From positions 1 through 64,000 of the forward strand of contig BROI01000026.1 in NCBI GenBank assembly GCA_027923505.1: a DNA stretch of 64,000 nt, read 5' to 3'. Origin of the DNA: Mayamaea pseudoterrestris (Eukaryota). Shown here piece after piece: positions 1 to 12,200 of the stretch (its first letter is position 1; each line of letters starts with the position of its first letter). The translations under genes and the position numbers were made by a program. The notes beneath the pieces were generated by a model, which ran no database searches, had not been told where the DNA came from, and was given only the letters and a program-made list of their open reading frames with translations.

Positions 1-3000
1 GCTACAGGATCATCCACCTTGCCTGCTAAGCCATCCAATCTTTTTCCTATGATGTTGATTGACATATTGAGCCATAGCTATGGTGACTATCACCCCAATA
101 TTCACCAGCCTCGCTGCCATGGTGAGACTCAGCACATCCAATAACTTGTTGGATCTGCCAGCGGTGCACCTTGGCTGGTAAACAGACTGCCAGAATAACC
201 TGCAGACCCAAGAATATTGAAACCAAAGTACATATGATACAATTGGACCAATAGTCATCTCAATTGTGGGGTGGAACGCAGCATTGTGCCATGAGACTCC
301 GCACATTCAACAAGTTGTTGAATGTGCTAGCAGTGCACCATGCTTTGGCTACAGGATCATCCGCCTTGCCTGCTAAGCCATCCAACCCCTTCTTATGATG
401 TTGCTTGACATATTGAGCCATAGCTATGGTGACTATCACCCCAATATTCACCAGCCTGGCTGCCATGGTGAGACTCGGCACATCCAATAACTTGTTGGAT
501 CTGCCAGCAGTGCACCTCAACTGGTACACAGACTGCCAGAATAACCTGCAGACCCAAGAATATTGAAACCAAAGTACATATGATACAATTGGACCAATAG
601 TCATCTCAATTGTGGGGTGGAACGCAGCATTGTGCCATGAGACTCCGCACATTCAACAAGTTGTTGAATGTGCTAGCAGTGCACCATGCTTTGGCTACAG
701 GATCATCCGCCTTGCCTGCTAAGCCATCCAACCCCTTTCCTATGATGTTGGTTGACATATTGAGCCATAGCTAGGGTGACTATCACCCCAATATTCACCA
801 GCCTGGCTGCCATGGTGAGACTCGGCACATCCAATAACTTGTTGGATCTGCCAGCGGTGCACCTCGGCTGGTACACAGACTGCCAGAATGGCCTGCAGAC
901 CCAAGAATATCTAGCAGTGCACCATGCTTTGGCTACAGGATCATCCGCCTTGCCTGCTAAGCCATCCAACCCCTTCTTATGATGTTGCTTGACATATTGA
1001 GCCATAGCTATGGTGACTATCACCCCAATATTCACCAGCCTGGCTGCCATGGTGAGACTCGGCACATCCAATAACTTGTTGGATCTGCCAGCAGTGCACC
1101 TCAACTGGTACACAGACTGCCAGAATAACCTGCAGACCCAAGAATATTGAAACCAAAGTACATATGATACAATTGGACCAATAGTCATCTCAATTGTGGG
1201 GTGGAACGCAGCATTGTGCCATGAGACTCCGCACATTCAACAAGTTGTTGAATGTGCTAGCAGTGCACCATGCTTTGGCTACAGGATCATCCGCCTTGCC
1301 TGCTAAGCCATCCAACCCCTTTCCTATGATGTTGGTTGACATATTGAGCCATAGCTAGGGTGACTATCACCCCAATATTCACCAGCCTGGCTGCCATGGT
1401 GAGACTCGGCACATCCAATAACTTGTTGGATCTGCCAGCGGTGCACCTCGGCTGGTACACAGACTGCCAGAATGGCCTGCAGACCCAAGAATATTGAAAC
1501 CAAAGTACATATGATACAATTGGACCAATAGTCATCTCAATTGTGGGGTGGAACGCAGCATTGTGCCATGAGACTCCGCACATTCAACAAGTTGTTGAAT
1601 GTGCTAGCAGTGCACCATGCTTTGGCTACAGGATCATCCGCCTTGCCTGCTAAGCCATCCAACCCCTTTCCTATGATGTTGATTGACATTTTGAGCCATA
1701 GCTAGGGTGACTATCACCCCAATATTCACCAGCCTGGCTGCCATGGTGAGACTCGGCACATCCAATAACTTGTTGGATCTGCCAGCAGTGCCCTCGGCTG
1801 GTACACAGACCACCAGAATGGCCTGCAGACCCAAGAATATTGAAACCAAAGTACATATGATACAATTGGACCATTAGTCATTTCAATTGTGGGGTGGAAC
1901 GCAGCATTGTGCCATGAGACTCCGCACATTCAACAAGTTGTTGAATGTGCTAGCAGTGCACCATGCTTTGGCTACAGGATCATCCGCCTTGCCTGCTAAG
2001 CCAACCAGTCTGTTTCCTTTGATGTTGGTTGACATGTTGAGCCAATGCTGGGGTGACTTAACCAGCCTGGCTGCCATGGTGAGACTCGACACATCCAATA
2101 ACTTGTTGGATCTGCCAGTGGTGCACCTCAGCTGGTACACAGACTGCCAGAATGGCCTGCAGACCCAAGAATATTGAAACCAAAGTACATATGATACAAT
2201 TGGACCAATAGTCATCTCAATTGTGGGGTGGAACGCAGCATTGTGCCATGAGACTCCGCACATTCAACAAGTTGTTGAATGTGCTAGCAGTGCACCATGC
2301 TTTGGCTACAGGATCATCCGCTTTGCCTGCTAAGCCATCCAACCTCTTTCCTATGATGTTGCTTGACATTTTGAGCCATAGCTAGGGTGACTATCACCCC
2401 AATATTCACCAGCCTGGCTGCCATGGTGAGACTTGGCACATCCAATAACTTGTTGGATCTGCCAGCGGTGCACCTCAGCTGGTACACAGACTGCCAGAAT
2501 GGCCTGCAGACCCAAGAATATTGAAACCAAAGTACATATGATACAATTGGACCAATAGTCATCTCAATTGTGGGGTGGAACGCAGCATTGTGCCATGAGA
2601 CTCCGCACATTCAACAAGTTGTTGAATGTGCTAGCAGTGCACCATGCTTTGGCTACAGGATCATCCGCCTTGCCTGCTAAGCCATCCAACCCCTTTCCTA
2701 TGATGTTGGTTGAACCAGCCTGGCTGCCATGGTGAGACTCGACACATCCAATAACTTGTTGGATCTGCCAGTGGTGCACCTCAGCTGGTACACAGACTGC
2801 CAGAATGGCCTGCAGACCCAAGAATATTGAAACCAAAGTACATATGATACAATTGGACCAATAGTCATCTCAATTGTGGGGTGGAACGCAGCATTGTGCC
2901 ATGAGACTCCGCACATTCAACAAGTTGTTGAATGTGCTAGCAGTGCACCATGCTTTGGCTACAGGATCATCCGCTTTGCCTGCTAAGCCATCCAACCTCT

Positions 3001-6000
3001 TTCCTATGATGTTGCTTGACATTTTGAGCCATAGCTAGGGTGACTATCACCCCAATATTCACCAGCCTGGCTGCCATGGTGAGACTTGGCACATCCAATA
3101 ACTTGTTGGATCTGCCAGCGGTGCACCTCAGCTGGTACACAGACTGCCAGAATGGCCTGCAGACCCAAGAATATTGAAACCAAAGTACATATGATACAAT
3201 TGGACCAATAGTCATCTCAATTGTGGGGTGGAACGCAGCATTGTGCCATGAGACTCCGCACATTCAACAAGTTGTTGAATGTGCTAGCAGTGCACCATGC
3301 TTTGGCTACAGGATCATCCGCCTTGCCTGCTAAGCCATCCAACCCCTTTCCTATGATGTTGGTTGACATCTTGAGCCAATGCTGGGCTGACTATCACCCC
3401 AACATCCAAAAGCCTGGCTACCATGGTGAGACTCGGCACATTAAATAACTTGTTGGATCTGCCAGTAGTGCACCTCAACTGGTACACAGACCGCCAGAAT
3501 GGCCTGCAGACCCAAGAATATTGAAACCAAAGTACATATGATACAATTGGACCAATAGTCATCTCAATTGTGGGGTGGAACGCAGCATTGTGCCATGTGA
3601 CTCCGCACATTCAACAAGTTGTTGAATGTGCTAGCAGTGCATCATGCTTTGGCTACAGGATCATCCGCCTTGCCTGCTAAGCCATCCATCCCCTTTCCTT
3701 TGATGTTAATTGACATTTTGAGCCAATGCTGGGGTGACTATCACCCCAATATTCACCAGCCTGGCTGCCATGGTGAGACTCGGCTATTCCAATAATTTGT
3801 TGGATCTGCCAGTGGTGCACCTCGGCTGGTACACAGACGGCCAAAATGGCCTGCAGACCCAAGAATATTGAAACCAAAGTACATATGATACAATTGGACC
3901 AATAGTCATCTCAATTGTGGTGTGGAACGCAGCATTGTGCCATGAGACTCCGCACATTCAACAAGTTGTTGAATGTGCTAGCAGTGCACCATGCTTTGGC
4001 TACAGGATCATCCGCCTTGCCTGCTAAGCCATCCAACCCCTTTCCTATGATGTTGGTTGACATTTTGAGCCAATGCTGGGGTGACTATCACCCCAATATT
4101 CACCAGCCTGGCTGCCATGGTGAGACTCGGCACATCCAATAACTTGTTGGATCTGCCAGCGGTGCACCTCAGCTGGTACACAGACTGCCAGAATGGCCTG
4201 CAGACCCAAGAATATTGAAACCAAAGTACATATGATACAATTGGACCAATAGTCATCTCAATTGTGGTGTGGAACGCAGCATTGTGCCATGAGACTCCGC
4301 ACATTCAACAAGTTGTTGAATGTGCTAGCAGTGCACCATGCTTTGGCTACAGGATCATCCGCCTTGCCTGCTAAGCCATCCAACCCCTTTCCTATGATGT
4401 TGGTTGACATATTGAGCCATAGCTATGGTGACTATCACCCCAATATTCACCAGCCTGGCTGCCATGGTGAGACTCGGCACATCCAATAACTTGTTGGATC
4501 TGCCAGCGGTGCACCTCGGCTGGTACACAGACCGCCAGAATGGCCTGCAGACCCAAGAATATTGAAACCAAAGTACATATGATACAATTGGACCAATAGT
4601 CATCTCAATTGTGGGGTGGAACGCAGCATTGTGCCATGAGACTCCGCACATTCAACAAGTTGTTGAATGTGCTAGCAGTGCACCATGCTTTGGCTACAGG
4701 ATCATCCGCCTTGCCTGCTAAGCCATCGAGCCTGTTTCCTGTGATGTTAATTGACAATTTGAGCTAAGGCTAGGGTGACTATCACCCCAACATTTACCAG
4801 CCTGGCTGCCATGGTGAGACTCAGCACATCCAATAACTTGTTGACTGCCACACCCAAATCACCAAACCAAAGACAATGATACAATTGGACCAATAGCATG
4901 GTGACTATCACCCCAACAATTATATGGCTACAATACCGCCTTGCCTGCAAGCCTTCCTATGATGTTGTTTGACATATTGAGCCATAGCTAGGGTGACTAT
5001 CACCCCAATATTCACCAGCCTGGCTGCCATGGTGAGACTCGGCACATCCAATAACTTGTTGGATCTGCCAGCGGTGCACCTTGGCTGGTACACAGACTGC
5101 CAGAATGGCCTGCAGACCCAAGAATATTAAAACCAAAATACATATGATACAATTGGACCAATAGTCATCTCAATTGTGGGGTGGAACGCAGCATTGTGCC
5201 ATGAGACTCCGCACATTCAACAAGTTGTTGAATGTGCTAGCAGTGCATCATGCTTTGGCTACAGGATCATCCGCCTTGCCTGCTAAGCCATCCAGCCTGT
5301 TTCCTTTGATGTTAATTGACATTGGATCTGCCAGCGGTGCACCTTGGCTGGTACACAGACTGCCAGAATGGCCTGCAGACCCAAGAATATTAAAACCAAA
5401 ATACATATGATACAATTGGACCAATAGTCATCTCAATTGTGGGGTGGAACGCAGCATTGTGCCATGAGACTCCGCACATTCAACAAGTTGTTGAATGTGC
5501 TAGCAGTGCATCATGCTTTGGCTACAGGATCATCCGCCTTGCCTGCTAAGCCATCCAGCCTGTTTCCTTTGATGTTAATTGACATTTTGAGCCATAGCTA
5601 GGGTGACTATCACCCCAATATTCACCAGCCTGGCTGCCATGGTGAGACTCGGCACATCCAATAACTTGTTGGATCTGCCAGTGGTGCACCTAGGCTGGTA
5701 CACAGACCACCAGAATGGCCTGCAGACCCAAGAATATTGAAACCAAAGTACATATGATACAATTGGACCAATAGTCTTGTCAATTGTGGTGTGGAACGCA
5801 GCATTGTGCCATGTGACTCCGCACATTCAACAAGTTGTTGAATGTGCTAGCAGTGCATCATGCTTTGGCTACAGGATCATCCGCCTTGCCTGCAAAGCCA
5901 TCTAACCTGTTTCCTATGATGTTGGTTGACATTTTGAGCCAATGCTGGGGTGACTATCACCCCATTATCCACCAGCCTGTCTGCCATGGTGAGACTCGGC

Positions 6001-8860
6001 AGATCCAATAACTTGGTGGATCTGCCAGCAGTGCACCTCAGCTGGTATACAGACTGCCAGAATGGCCTGCAGACCCAAGAATATTGAAACCAAAGTACAT
6101 ATGATACAATTGGACCAATAGTCATCTCAATTGTGGTGTGGAACGCAGCATTGTGCCATGAGACTCCGCACATTCAACAAGTTGTTGAATGTGCTAGCAG
6201 TGCATCATGCTTTGGCTACAGGATCATCCGCCTTGCCTGCTAAGCCATCCAACCCCTTTCCTATGATGTTGGTTGACATTTTGAGCCAATGCTGGGGTGA
6301 CTATCACCCCAATATTCACCAGCCTGGCTGCCATGGTGAGACTCGGCACATCCAATAACTTGTTGGATCTGCCAGCAGTGCACCTCAGCTGGTACACAGA
6401 CTGCCAGAATGGCCTGCAGACCCAAGAATATTGTAACCAAAGTACATATGATACAATTGGACCAATAGTCATCTCAATTGTGGTGTGGAACGCAGCATTG
6501 TGCCATGAGACTCCGCACATTCAACAAGTTGTTGAATGTGCTAGCAGTGCACCATGCTTTGGCTACAGGATCATCCGCCTTGCCTGCTAAGCCATCCAGC
6601 CTGTTTCCTTTGATGTTGGTTGACATTTGGAGCCAAGGCAGGGGTGACTATCACCCCATAATCCACCAGCCTGGCTGCCATGGTGAGACTCGGCACATCC
6701 AATAACTTGTTGGATCTGCCAGCGGTGCACATCGGCTGGCACACAGACCACCAGAATGGCCTGCAGACCCAAGAATATTGAAACCAAAGTACATATGATA
6801 CAATTGGACCAATAGTCATGTCAATTCTGGTGTGGATCGCAGCATTGTGCCATGAGACTCCGCACATTCAACAAGTTGTTGAATGTGCTAGCAGTGCACC
6901 ATGCTTTGGCTACAGGATCATCCGCCTTGCCTGCTAAGCCATCCAACCCCTTTCCTATGATGTTGGTTGACATATTGAGCCATAGCTAGGGTGACTATCA
7001 CCCCAATATTCACCAGCCTGGCTGCCATGGTGAGACTCGGCACATCCAATAACTTGTTGGATCTGCCAGCGGTGCACCTCGGCTGGTACACAGACCGCCA
7101 GAATGGCCTGCAGACCCAAGAATATTGAAACCAAAGTACATATGATACAATTGGACCAATAGTCATGTCAATTGTGGTGTGGAACATTGCATTGTGCCAT
7201 GAGACTCCACACATTCAACAAGTTGTTGAATGTGCTAGCAGTGCATCATGCTTTGGCTACAGGATCATCCGCCTTGCCTGCTAAGCAATCCAGCCTGTTT
7301 CCTATGATGTTGGTTGACATATTGAGCCATAGCTAGGGTGACTATCACCCCAATATTCACCAGCCTGGCTGCCATGGTGAGACTCGGCACATCCAATAAC
7401 TTGTTGGATCTGCCAGCGGTGCACCTCGGCTGGTACACAGACTGCCAGAATGGCCTGCAGACCCAAGAATATTGAAACCAAAGTACATATGATACATTTG
7501 GACCAATAGTCATCTCAATTGTGGGGCGGAACATTGCATTGTGCCATGAGACTCCGCACATTCAACAAGTTGTTGAATGTGCTAGCAGTGCACCATGCTT
7601 TGGCTACAGGATCATCCGCCTTGCCTGCTAAGCCATCCAACCCCTTTCCTATGATGTTGGTTGACATATTGAGCCATAGCTAGGGTGACTATCACCCCAA
7701 TATTCACCAGCCTGGCTGCCATGGTGAGACTCGGCACATCCAATAACTTGTTGGATCTGCCAGCGGTGCACCTCAGCTGGTACACAGACTGCCAGAATGG
7801 CCTGCAGACCCAAGAATATTGAAACCAAAGTACATATGATACAATTGGACCAATAGTCATCTCAATTGTGGGGCGGAACATTGCATTGTGCCATGAGACT
7901 CCACATGTTCAACAAGTTGTTGAATGTGCTAGCAGTGCACCATGCTTTGGCTACAGGATCATCCGCCTTGCCTGCTAAGCCATCCAGCCTGTTTGCTTTG
8001 ATGTTGGTTGACATTTTGATCCAAAGTTGGGGTGACTATCACCCCAATATCCAAAAGCCTGTCTGCCATGGTGAGACTCAGCACATCCAATAACTTGTTG
8101 GATCTGCCAGCAGTGCACCTCAACTGGTACACAGACTGCCAGAATAACCTGCAGACCCAAGAATATTGAAACCAAAGTACATTTGATACAATTGGACCAA
8201 TAGTCATCTCAATTGTGGGGTGGAACATTGCCGACTCGCACATTCAACAATTGGATCACCATTGGAATGTGCTAGCTATGCACCATGCTTTGGCTACAGG
8301 ATCATCCGCCTTGCCTGCTAAGCCATCCAACCCCTTCTTATGATGTTGCTTGACATATTGAGCCAAAGTTGGGGGGACTATCAGACCAATATCCAAAAGC
8401 CTGTCTGCCATGGTGAGACTCGGCACATCCAATAACTTGTTGGATCTGCCAGTGGTGCACCTAGGCTGGTACACAGACCACCAGAATGGCCTGCAGACCC
8501 AAGAATATTGAAACCAAAATACATGATACAATTGGACCAATAGTCTTGTCAATTCTGGTGTGGAACGCAGCATTGTGCCATGAGACTCCGCACATTCAAC
8601 AAGTTGTTGAATGTGCTAGCAGTGCATCATGCTTTGGCTACAGGATCATCCGCCTTGCCTGCTAAGCAATCCAGCCTGTTTCCTTCGATGTTGGTTAACA
8701 TTTTGAGCCAATGCTGGGGTGACTATCACCCCAATAAAATCCAGCCTGGCTGCCATGGTGAGACTCGGCAGAACCAATAACTTGTTGGATCTGCCAGCGG
8801 TGCACCTCGGCTGGTATTTATACACAGACTGTCAGAATGGCCTGCAGTCCCAAAATATAA
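1..8860. repeat. Tandem satellite A, 347-bp unit (diverged dimer of ~173-bp halves), ~25-26 units, truncated by the window start
   Basis: GCTACAGGATCATCC recurs every 346-347 bp (1, 348, 694, ...). Several units have internal deletions or rearrangements (near 910, 2055, 2712, 4845-4960, 5320). The ORF track shows the same spurious peptide every 347 bp. Confidence 0.98.
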
Positions 8861-9289
8861 AAAACGTTATAGGCTGCAGTATATAATATAATATGTTGAT
8901 CATCTCACGCAAGCATTATTATTTTCCTTGCCGGCTGTCTTTCCTTTTAGAAACCGCTACGACATGTTAATCGCGCCAGCCGACGTTGGCTGACATCACT
9001 CAACCAAAACGCAACGACGGCTCGGGATGCAGGCTGCTCGACTCACTTTCGTTTCACTTTGATCAACCATATATCACAGAAACAGCAGCAGCAGCCAATA
9101 AAGCAAGAAGTGTCAACGTCTTGACCCTTGACGTGAGAATTGGCCTCGAATCGCGTAATTTTTCGCTTGTCAATCGGCCAGCGACTGCACACAAGGGCTT
9201 GGCTGTTTTCGCCTTGTCACGGACAACGACAAGCCGCACCTTGAAAGCTAATTTACTTGCAAAATTATAATCGTGACGATTGCCATAAC

Positions 9290-12200
9290 ATGAAAGTGTC
9301 TCTTGCTATACTGTTTACGCTGGTGACTGCCTCCTCGGTTGGTTTCAGCAGCAGCAGTCGTCGTCCACTTCAGCAACGACGGAACGACAACCAGAAACCA
9401 TTCTGGAATACACCAATCACAGACTCATCAATATCAGCAAGAATACCAAAGTCAGCATTATATATTGGCATGAGTTATCTTGAGACACTCAAGACGAATG
9501 AAGAAGGCGACAGCAATCAACGCTCCAGCAACAACGACCGCTACAAGGCGCCAAGCGTCGACGTTGGTTCCTCCAACGACTACTTGAGCGCACTGGCAGC
9601 TTCGCAAAAGAGTGCATCATCGTCCAAGCCAAAGACAGTTTCCTCCGGATCACCTGCTGGCGACTACCTTGGTGCCATGTCGTCGCCGAAGACGAATGGG
9701 AGCAATAACGATGGAGGCAGCGGCAGTGGCAGCAAGTTACAGCGCGTGCTTAGTTTCATTGGCAAGACGGGCATTGCGAGCACGGAATCAAATGAAACAC
9801 CAAAGTCGTCGCCTGCCGCGAGGGACGACTACTTTCGATCCATGTCGTCGTCGTCGCAGCAATCAACAACGGCAAGCGAGTCGTCGTCCAACGAGTCTGC
9901 TTCCGCCAACAAAAGGCAGCAGCAGCAACGATCCGATGACCCAGGCAAGTTTAAACGAGTGCTTGGCTATCTTGGCAACAAGATGAAGGCTGCCTATGAC
10001 TATTCCAGTGACGAAGAAGCCGGTGAAAAGGACATGAATGGACTATCGGCAACCTTTCCTTCGACTCGCTCGAGCAGGTCATCCGCGTTGGAACCAAGCA
10101 ACGACAAGACTGACTCGAATTCGCGGTTGTCCTCGTCGGTGCTAACATCACCTTCGACTGACTATGTCACTGCCATGTCGGGGGGATCTTCTTCGGCGGC
10201 AGGGTCCGAAGCAAAACCAGCGCCAGCCGCAGCATCCTACTCTGGCTTTCCCGGTGCGGCTTGGAGCCCTGGTGGAGGTGGTGGTGGCGGCGGCGGTAGC
10301 AATGATGCCAGCAATTCACACTCGTCAAAAAGCAGCGACAACAAGTCAACGGAACCAAAGGCATCATCGTCATACTCTGGCTTTCCTGGTGCGGCCTGGA
10401 GTCCTGGCGCATCAACAACCTCCAATTCAGTATCGTCATCGAGCAGCAGCAGCAAGTCAACTTCGTCAACGGCACCAAAAAAGTCGTCCTACTCTGGCTT
10501 TCCGGGTGCAGCCTGGAATCCTGGTGCAAGTGGCGGCGATGAAACTTCGAGTGAGCAAGCTTCGTCGGGTAGCCAAGGTTACGAGTCAACGTCGTCAGCA
10601 GCAAATGAACCAAAGAAGGCTTCCTACTCTGGCTTTCCAGGATCGGCGTGGAACCCAGGAAGTGGTGGAGATTCATCTGGCTCCAATGGCGTTAACAGCA
10701 ACGGTACGCCCTCCTCGTCGTCAACGAAAGAAGCGGAAAAGGCATCTTATTCTGGCTTTCCAGGATCGGCGTGGAGTCCTGGCGGCGGTGGTGATGCATC
10801 TCATTCTGGGACATCATCGTCCAAAAGTGATAGCAAATACGGTTTAACATTGTCACCGTCAACTGATTCGAAGAAAAATTCATATTCTGGGTTCCCCGGT
10901 GCGGCTTGGAGCCCCAATACCGCCGGTAATGTACCGAGTTCCGCGGACACGTACAAACCGCCAGTCGACCGCAGCAGCTACAATGCAGGGTCGTCCTCAG
11001 CAAGCCACCCGGCTAAGGCATCCTATTCGAAGCCAGGATCCGACTGGAGCCAGAACCAACCAAGCTCCTTTGCACCATCAATGGAGGACAGCCGCAGTAG
11101 CTACAGCTCTACAACCATGCCTTTAAACGATATAAAGCAAACAGCATCGTATTCTGGATTGCCTGGCTCGGATTGGGCGCCGGATGCATCGAACTCTGAG
11201 GCTTCAACAGTTGACAACAGCCGCAATAGCTATAGCACTGCACCCAAATCTACGTCGTCCTACTCTGGATTCCCCGGCTCGGCTTGGAGTCCAGGTTCCT
11301 CAACCTCGTCAACTCCTGCGGTAGACAACAGCCGCAGCGGCTACAGTGCTGAATCCACACAATCACGCGATATAAAAGACACATCATACTCTGGATTTCC
11401 TGGCTCGACTTGGAGCCCAGGTGATTTAGGCTCGTCGAGCACAACAGATCAAGTTTCGGCGAAAGGCAGTTACAATTCAGCAGCAAAGTCATCGGCCAAT
11501 CAATCAAAGTCAGCCTCTTATTCCGGATTTCCTGGCTCAACTTGGAGTCCTGGTAGCAGTTCATCTAGCTCAAATCAAGAATCAGTGCATGACGAAAGCA
11601 AGGAAAAGTTGTCACCGCCATCACAGGCGTCGTATTCGGGTTTTCCTGGCGCCGCTTGGAGTTTTGGCGGTACTATTAATGCAGGTAGTCAAGACGTGCC
11701 GAGCAACAAAATTGGTCAAGAAGGATCATCTACATACTCTGGATTCCCTGGATCTTCTTGGTCTCCTGCTCACGGCAACGGCAGTTCGGGTTCCACACAG
11801 CAATCTTCTGGATCAAAAAAAGCTGCACTGTCGCAACCATCGAAGCCGTCGTATTCTGGCTTTCCTGGGGCTGCTTGGAGTTCTGGGAATGCGTCAAATT
11901 CTAGGAATGACGGTCGCGAACGTCGGAACGATGTTGTTGATCAGTCTTCCGCTCGTATTCCATCGTGGGTTTCAAATGATCGCCAACCCCTGGAGAAAGA
12001 CAGAACAAATCAGAACTTATCAAGTCTTGATACGCAGGGACCGGTATGGAACGCATCTCCGAAAAGTGTACCAAGCCATGGCAAGTTGGCGCATTCTCTA
12101 AACGTTCCAGACACGAAACACTACTTTTCGGGTTTTCTTGAAGAATTATCTGGTGAAGACTCGTCAAGTGAATATGACCAACGAGAAAAGCTGCCATCTG

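Noticed and set aside
1..8780. Dozens of 60-177 aa ORFs in satellite A
   Set aside because: They recur with the 347-bp period, shift frame between copies and lack recognisable domains, so they are artefacts of the repeat.
8986..9270. 94-aa ORF upstream of the repeat/BTB gene
   Set aside because: TTG start, no motifs, and located in the likely promoter/5' UTR.
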